Shown: in pieces, positions 45,728-49,863 of the stretch
How positions within the stretch are numbered: the first letter of the stretch is position 1
How the letters are laid out: every line of letters begins with the position of its first letter
From: an uncultured Candidatus Saccharibacteria bacterium
GTDB lineage: Bacteria; Patescibacteriota; Minisyncoccia; Phycocordibacterales; Phycocordibacteraceae
Assembly: GCA_964565655.1 (NCBI GenBank)
Contig: CAZMFT010000001.1
Location: forward strand, 3,390-53,252
Direction of reading: 5' to 3'
Length of the DNA: 49,863 nt
Notes under the pieces: model-generated
Seen by the model: only the letters and a program-made list of their open reading frames with translations
What the model was told of the DNA's origin: nothing
The model's database searches: none
Position numbers and translations under genes: made by a program

Positions 45728-46417
45728 ATGGATACCAATGCATCGCCCGTAGAACGCTACCTTACCCCCATCGCTGTCCTTATCGGCGCCGCCCTCATCG
45801 CTTTCGCGGTCGCGTACGGCCGCGGCGGTACGCCTGACGGCGGAACGGCAGTCGCCGGCGCCACCTACGCGGAGACGATCAAGTCGGCCGCAGAAGCGAA
45901 TGATATCGATGCTGAGGTCGTCGCCGCGAAGGCTACCGAGAAGCAGGCAGAGTACGAGGCGCTCATCAATGCATCGCGCGACCAGGGCGCCTCATTCGGC
46001 GTCAATGGAACCCCGACTGTGATCCTCGGCAACGAGACGATCGCGGGCCTCGACCCGGCGCTTCTTGATAAGCTCGCGGCAGCGGTCGCAAATCCCACGG
46101 CGCCTGGGCCCGATGCGCTCATCTCGAAGGTCACGACCGCAGGCGAGCCGTATGTCGGAGACCCGAATGCGCCGGTCACGATGGCGTACTACTTCGACTA
46201 CCAGTGCCATTTCTGCCATCAGTTCATGCGCGAGGTGATGCCGAAGATATTCGACCAGTATGTGAAGACGGGTAAGCTGAAGATCGTCATCAAAGACTTC
46301 CAGTTCCTGTCACCTGACTCGGTCGTGGGCGCGGTCTACGGACGCGCGCTGTGGGAAGTTGACCCGAATCGACACTTCGGCTGGTTTATGGCCCTCGGTC
46401 AAATACAAGAGCAGTAG
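45728..46417 (+). CDS. Membrane-anchored DsbA-like thiol:disulfide oxidoreductase with permuted motif order
   Basis: It has a TM anchor. FGVNGTPTVILGN (normally the C-terminal cis-Pro motif) comes first, then GDPNAPVTMAYYFDYQCHFCHQF (normally the N-terminal CxxC motif). Confidence 0.7.
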   Translation: MDTNASPVERYLTPIAVLIGAALIAFAVAYGRGGTPDGGTAVAGATYAETIKSAAEANDIDAEVVAAKATEKQAEYEALINASRDQGASFGVNGTPTVILGNETIAGLDPALLDKLAAAVANPTAPGPDALISKVTTAGEPYVGDPNAPVTMAYYFDYQCHFCHQFMREVMPKIFDQYVKTGKLKIVIKDFQFLSPDSVVGAVYGRALWEVDPNRHFGWFMALGQIQEQ

Positions 46418-46430
46418 CAGTGATGCGACA

Positions 46431-46450
46431 GGCCCCGAAAGGGGCTTTTC
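46431..46450 (+). terminator. Rho-independent terminator
   Basis: gcccc-gaaa-ggggc followed by ttttc. Confidence 0.6.
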
Positions 46451-46532
46451 GCTATCCCCGGTAAAGCGAGGTGGGGAAGGTATATGCTTAGGGGTAAGAG
46501 GCCTCGGCCCCTTTATAAGACTTACGTACGGT

Positions 46533-46946
46533 ATGAATATCCTTACCTGCAACTGCCTGTCGCGCTTCCATGGCGTCGGGCTCTTCCTTATCCGTGTCGT
46601 CGTCGGTGCAATCTTCGTCGTCCATGGCTACCAGAAGTTCTCGGGACAGATGGACGCTACCGCGATGCTCACGAACCTCCAGTTCCCGGCTCCGGAAGTG
46701 TTCGCAGTAATCCTTGTCGCTGCAGAGCTCATCGGTGGCGCATTGCTCATCATCGGCGCGCTCACGCACTGGGCAGCGAAGATGCTTACTATCGTCGCGG
46801 CGGTCGCGCTCATCGTCGTGCACCTTCCGAACGGATTCACGGGACAGGGCGGATATGAATTCATCCTCCTCATCCTCGTGTGCTGCATCGCGCTCATGAT
46901 CGCCGGCCCGGGCCGCTGGTCGGTAGACGCCGCACTCAAGAAATAA
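46533..46946 (+). CDS. DoxX-family membrane protein
   Basis: It has the LFLIRVVVGAIFVVHGYQKF signature and 4 TM helices. The track ORF from 46359 is an upstream extension. Confidence 0.8.
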   Translation: MNILTCNCLSRFHGVGLFLIRVVVGAIFVVHGYQKFSGQMDATAMLTNLQFPAPEVFAVILVAAELIGGALLIIGALTHWAAKMLTIVAAVALIVVHLPNGFTGQGGYEFILLILVCCIALMIAGPGRWSVDAALKK

Positions 46947-46951
46947 GAGAG

Positions 46952-47377
46952 ATGGACGAGCACGCGTTCCGCAATATCGCTGCTGTCGCGTGGCTCTCCG
47001 TACCGGACAGGTTCGCAGGGAGGGTCGACAATGTCGCCCTCCTTATCGAGGATGAGCCGGCGGGAGATGTATTGAAAGAAGAGGGGATAGAGCAGGGCGA
47101 AACCCTCTTAGGGCTCTACCGGGGCGTGCCGATGACCTTGCGCGGCGAGAGCTACGGCCTTGGGGAGACGCTCCCCGACACGATCACGCTCTACCGCCTG
47201 CCCCTTATGGAGGAGGCGGAGGCGCTCCGAGCGTCCGACCCGTCGCTTACCGAGTCGGATGCGGTCAAGAAAGCGGTCGAAGAGACCCTGTGGCACGAGC
47301 TCGCGCATTACTTCGGCATGGAAGAGAGTCATGTGAACAAGCGCGAGGACGAGGGGACGAACCGGTACGAGGGGTAA
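46952..47377 (+). CDS. Zincin-like metallopeptidase family protein (DUF1025/Zincin_1-like)
   Basis: It has LGLYRGVP...LPDTITLYR...HELAHYFGMEE. Confidence 0.7.
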   Translation: MDEHAFRNIAAVAWLSVPDRFAGRVDNVALLIEDEPAGDVLKEEGIEQGETLLGLYRGVPMTLRGESYGLGETLPDTITLYRLPLMEEAEALRASDPSLTESDAVKKAVEETLWHELAHYFGMEESHVNKREDEGTNRYEG

Positions 47378-47381
47378 AAGA

Positions 47382-47406
47382 GAAGCCGGAGCAGAGCTCC
47401 GGCTTC
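47382..47406. terminator. Terminator hairpin between convergent units
   Basis: gaagccggagc-aga-gctccggcttc, an 11-bp perfect stem. Confidence 0.6.
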
Positions 47407-47409
47407 AGG

Positions 47410-47592
47410 TCATTTGGACGGCGGCAAGGTGCTCGCGGCCGTCGTGATTATCGTAGTCGCGGTTTCTGCGGATACCTTCGCGCCGTGAAGGACAGCCACC
47501 AATGCGTCTTCGAATTCAGCGAGGACAGGGGCCATCATCACGGAGAGGACGAAGAGGAATACGCCTGAACCGAGGGCGGAAAGGATCGGCAT
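47410..47592 (-). CDS. Possible small membrane protein (60 aa), weak call
   Basis: The ATG-initiated portion of the 104-aa TTG ORF has one hydrophobic helix (GSGVFLFVLSVMMAPVL). There is no clear RBS. Confidence 0.3.
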   Translation of the reverse strand: MPILSALGSGVFLFVLSVMMAPVLAEFEDALVAVLHGAKVSAETATTIITTAASTLPPSK

Positions 47593-47814
47593 AGGAAGCA
47601 AGTCAAGGGGTAAGTCGCAGGGTGAGTGCGACGAGACGGCCGAGGCTGTCTCGAATACCGCTTCCCGGGGGAGCGTTCTGTCCTCTAGAACCCTCGGGAG
47701 GGCCGCGAGGTTACTTATGCACAAGGACGGGGCAGATGGCTTCAGACGGTTCTCACGCAGCTATACTTAGGGTGTGTGCTCGGCCCTCGTGCCCCCTTAT
47801 CCCTACTCACCCTT

Positions 47815-48219
47815 ATGTCCGGAAAATCACTCGCAACGCTCTTCGGTGTCGTGTTCGTCCTCGTCGGCATTCTCGGATACGTTGAGAATCCGCTCGTCGG
47901 CGCAGCAGGCTTCTTCGAGACCGATAGCATGCACAACATCGTGCATATCCTGTTCGGTGTCATCCTTCTCGTCGTCGCCTTCATGGCAGCTGGTTCTTCA
48001 GCGCTCTGGCTCAAGATCCTCGGCGTCGTTTACCTCGTACTCGCGGTCCTCGGATTCGCGATGGTACCGGAGGGAGGCGACCTCCTCGGTCTCGTCCTCA
48101 CGAACGCCGCTGACCACTGGCTCCATGTCGTTCTCGGCGTCGTTCTCATCGCAGCGGGCTTCATCGCGAAGTCCTCGCGCATGGCGTCCCCGATGCCTAT
48201 GTCAGGCCCGACGATGTAA
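47815..48219 (+). CDS. DUF4383-family membrane protein
   Basis: It contains LFGVVFVLVGILGYV...MHNIVHILFG...DHWLHVVLG, a repeated NxxH-type pattern with 4 TM helices. Confidence 0.7.
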   Translation: MSGKSLATLFGVVFVLVGILGYVENPLVGAAGFFETDSMHNIVHILFGVILLVVAFMAAGSSALWLKILGVVYLVLAVLGFAMVPEGGDLLGLVLTNAADHWLHVVLGVVLIAAGFIAKSSRMASPMPMSGPTM

Positions 48220-48240
48220 TCGCGCATCGGTCTCGACTGA

Positions 48241-48275
48241 TATCAAAAAACGGCCTTTGAGGCCGTTTTTTGATA
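48241..48275 (+). terminator. Rho-independent terminator
   Basis: tatcaaaaaacggcc-tttga-ggccgttttttgata, a 15-bp stem that includes a T-run. Confidence 0.8.
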
Positions 48276-48285
48276 GACTCATGGT

Positions 48286-48756
48286 ATGGAAAAGGCACTC
48301 TTTGCTGCGGGCTGTTTCTGGGGAGTCGAAGACGCGTTCCGGAAGACGCCGGGCGTGATTGATGCGGTCTCGGGGTATACGGGCGGACATGTAGAGAATC
48401 CGACCTACGAAGCGGTGTGTACAGACACGACCGGGCACGCAGAGGCGGTCGAGGTGACGTTTGACGCGCAGCAGGTCTCGTATGAAGCCTTGGTGCGGAA
48501 ATTCTTCACGCTCCATGATCCGACGCAGATGAACCGGCAGGGGCCGGATGTGGGGAGCCAGTACCGCTCCGCGATATTCACGGAAGGCGAGTCGCAGAAA
48601 GAAGTTGCGGAGCGCGTGAAGGCGGAGCTCGCGCCGAACGCCTATCCGAAGACTATCGCGACGGAGATAGCGCCGGCCTCCACGTTCTACCGGGCAGAGG
48701 AATACCACCAGCGGTATTTCGAGAAGCATCCGGGTCGCGCGGTCTGTCACATATGA
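48286..48756 (+). CDS. msrA: Peptide-methionine (S)-S-oxide reductase MsrA
   Basis: It has the GCFWGVE active-site motif and matches MsrA across its full length. Confidence 0.9.
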   Translation: MEKALFAAGCFWGVEDAFRKTPGVIDAVSGYTGGHVENPTYEAVCTDTTGHAEAVEVTFDAQQVSYEALVRKFFTLHDPTQMNRQGPDVGSQYRSAIFTEGESQKEVAERVKAELAPNAYPKTIATEIAPASTFYRAEEYHQRYFEKHPGRAVCHI

Positions 48757-49181
48757 AGCGCGGCACCGACTATACCGGCGTTTCGGTCGTGTACATCTGC
48801 CATGACGGGCAGGGGAATATCCTGTTCCAGAAGCGGAGCGATCGCTGTCGTGACGAGCATCACACGTGGGACACCGGCGGAGGCGGTCTCGAATTCAACG
48901 ACACGGTCGAGGACACGCTTCGCAAGGAGATCAAGGAGGAGTACGGTGCGGACGTCATCTCCTTCGAAAACCTCGGCTGGCGTGATGCGCATCGGACGCA
49001 TGACGGGAAGCCGACCCACTGGGTCGCGCTCGACTTCAAGGTCCTCGTCGATCCCGCAGAGGTAGTGAACGGAGAGCCGGAGAAATTCGACGAGATCCGC
49101 TGGTTCCCGAAAGATGCTCTTCCTACGCCGCTGCATTCGCAGCTGCCGTTCTTCCTCGAGAAACACAAGGACCGCCTGTAA
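48753..49181 (+). CDS. NUDIX hydrolase
   Basis: It has the Nudix box GGGLEFNDTVEDTLRKEIKEEYG and overlaps msrA by ATGA. Confidence 0.8.
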   Translation: MKRGTDYTGVSVVYICHDGQGNILFQKRSDRCRDEHHTWDTGGGGLEFNDTVEDTLRKEIKEEYGADVISFENLGWRDAHRTHDGKPTHWVALDFKVLVDPAEVVNGEPEKFDEIRWFPKDALPTPLHSQLPFFLEKHKDRL

Positions 49182-49586
49182 TCACTTCGTCTCCTCCTTC
49201 TCGAACCCGAGGCAGACGGAATTGATGCAGTATCTTTTCCCGCCGGCCTCCTTCGGGCCGTCATCGAATACATGGCCCAAGTGTCCGCCGCAATTCTTGC
49301 AGAATACCTCCGTGCGACGCATCCCGTGAGAGGTGTCCTCGCGCGTGCCGACATTCTCCGCGACTGCGGGGTCGGTAAAGGACGGCCATCCGGTACCTGA
49401 ATCGAATTTCGCGGAGGATGAGAAGAGAGCGGCGCCGCAGGCGCGGCACGTGTACATCCCGGCGTCGTGATTCTCGAGAAACTTGCCCGAGAACGGCGCT
49501 TCGGTACCTGCCTCCCGCAGCACGCGGTATTCCTCTGGGGAAAGCTCCTCTTTCCACTCCTCCTCGGTCTTCTTGTGGGTAGCCAT
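49182..49586 (-). CDS. msrB: Peptide-methionine (R)-S-oxide reductase MsrB (zinc type)
   Basis: It has two CxxC pairs (CRACG, CKNCG), GWPSF, HLGHVFDDGP and the catalytic RYCINS. Confidence 0.9.
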   Translation of the reverse strand: MATHKKTEEEWKEELSPEEYRVLREAGTEAPFSGKFLENHDAGMYTCRACGAALFSSSAKFDSGTGWPSFTDPAVAENVGTREDTSHGMRRTEVFCKNCGGHLGHVFDDGPKEAGGKRYCINSVCLGFEKEETK

Positions 49587-49643
49587 GCGACCAGTGTACG
49601 CCCTGATTTGCTGCGTGTCCCTTCGGGCGGTACGATACCTTTC

Positions 49644-49863
49644 ATGAAGGCTCGCGCGGCGCTCATTGCCATCCTGGTCCTCGCATTCATCGGTATCGCC
49701 GACTCCTGGTACCTCGCAGAGAGCGCCGTTACCGGCACGGACCTCGCCTGCGGCATAGAGGGGCTCGATGGCTGCAATATCGTCGCTGCAAGCCCCTATT
49801 CGAAGCTGATGGGCATCCCGCTCGGGGTCTACGGCGTCGGATTCTATGGCATCACGTTCGGCC
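49644..49863 (+). CDS. VKOR-family (vitamin K epoxide reductase-like) membrane protein, 5' partial
   Basis: TM1 is followed by C-x6-C (CGIEGLDGC), then SPYSKLMGIPLGVYG, which is typical of bacterial VKOR. The ORF runs off the window end. Confidence 0.7.
   Translation, partial: MKARAALIAILVLAFIGIADSWYLAESAVTGTDLACGIEGLDGCNIVAASPYSKLMGIPLGVYGVGFYGITFG

Noticed and set aside
45549-45743. 64-aa minus-strand ORF in the helicase/DsbA intergenic region
   Set aside because: It spans two hairpins, including the helicase terminator, and overlaps the DsbA-like start. It has no RBS and its composition is not gene-like.
47560-47625. GGAAGCA...CAAGG string reminiscent of the SRP (4.5S) RNA domain IV
   Set aside because: I could not build a matching GNRA tetraloop helix, a complementary 5' strand or the closing long stem. 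The resemblance is limited to a heptamer and overlaps a possible small ORF start. A covariance-model scan would be needed.
48860-49777. 305-aa minus-strand ORF spanning NUDIX, msrB and the VKOR start
   Set aside because: It overlaps three well-supported genes in other frames or on the other strand. The product is Ser/Arg/Pro-rich.
1-49863. Search for tRNA, rRNA, tmRNA, RNase P or CRISPR arrays
   Set aside because: I found no cloverleaf-compatible segments, rRNA-like conserved blocks or regularly spaced direct repeats in any intergenic gap. All gaps over 100 nt were inspected by eye. tRNAscan or Infernal would be the decisive check.

Overview
This is a GC-rich, very compact bacterial chromosomal segment. 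Many gene junctions are 4-bp ATGA start/stop overlaps, several convergent gene pairs overlap or abut, and Shine-Dalgarno sequences are often weak. I found no rRNA, tRNA, CRISPR array, transposase or integrase. Taxonomy cannot be fixed from sequence alone. The envelope-heavy, small-gene content would fit an uncultivated small-genome lineage, but that is only inference.

Content in order:
- Small hypothetical genes.
- An obviously AT-rich island (about 2400-4615) with a convergent restriction-modification pair.
- An M23 peptidase.
- An ECF sigma module, followed by a tightly coupled rubredoxin / secreted Pro-rich protein / ApbE / MsrQ-like membrane protein / FNR-like reductase operon.
- A SET-domain protein.
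- PAP2, GIY-YIG, SGNH, EamA and cupin genes.
- A 10-kb glycan locus (16587-26308): GtrB-like GT2, GT4, three more GT2s, a Wzx-like flippase and two GT-C/PMT-like membrane transferases.
- Secreted wall-binding proteins, a FAD oxidoreductase and an MFS pump.
- An RND pump with adaptor, divergent from a second ECF sigma module.
- MltG, an M16 peptidase, TypA and a DEAD-box helicase with an N-terminal RG-rich tail.
- A thiol/oxidative-repair neighbourhood: permuted DsbA-like protein, DoxX, MsrA, NUDIX, MsrB and VKOR.

The most interesting observations:
- The ApbE-rubredoxin split NOX-like operon has no recognisable flavinylation substrate.
- The DsbA-like protein has its motif order circularly permuted.
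- Two AT-rich perfect palindromes 11 kb apart share a TATCATATATGATA core.
- The restriction-modification island looks horizontally acquired.

Many long ORFs in the supplied track are antisense or N-terminal-extension artefacts of the high GC content, and I rejected them.
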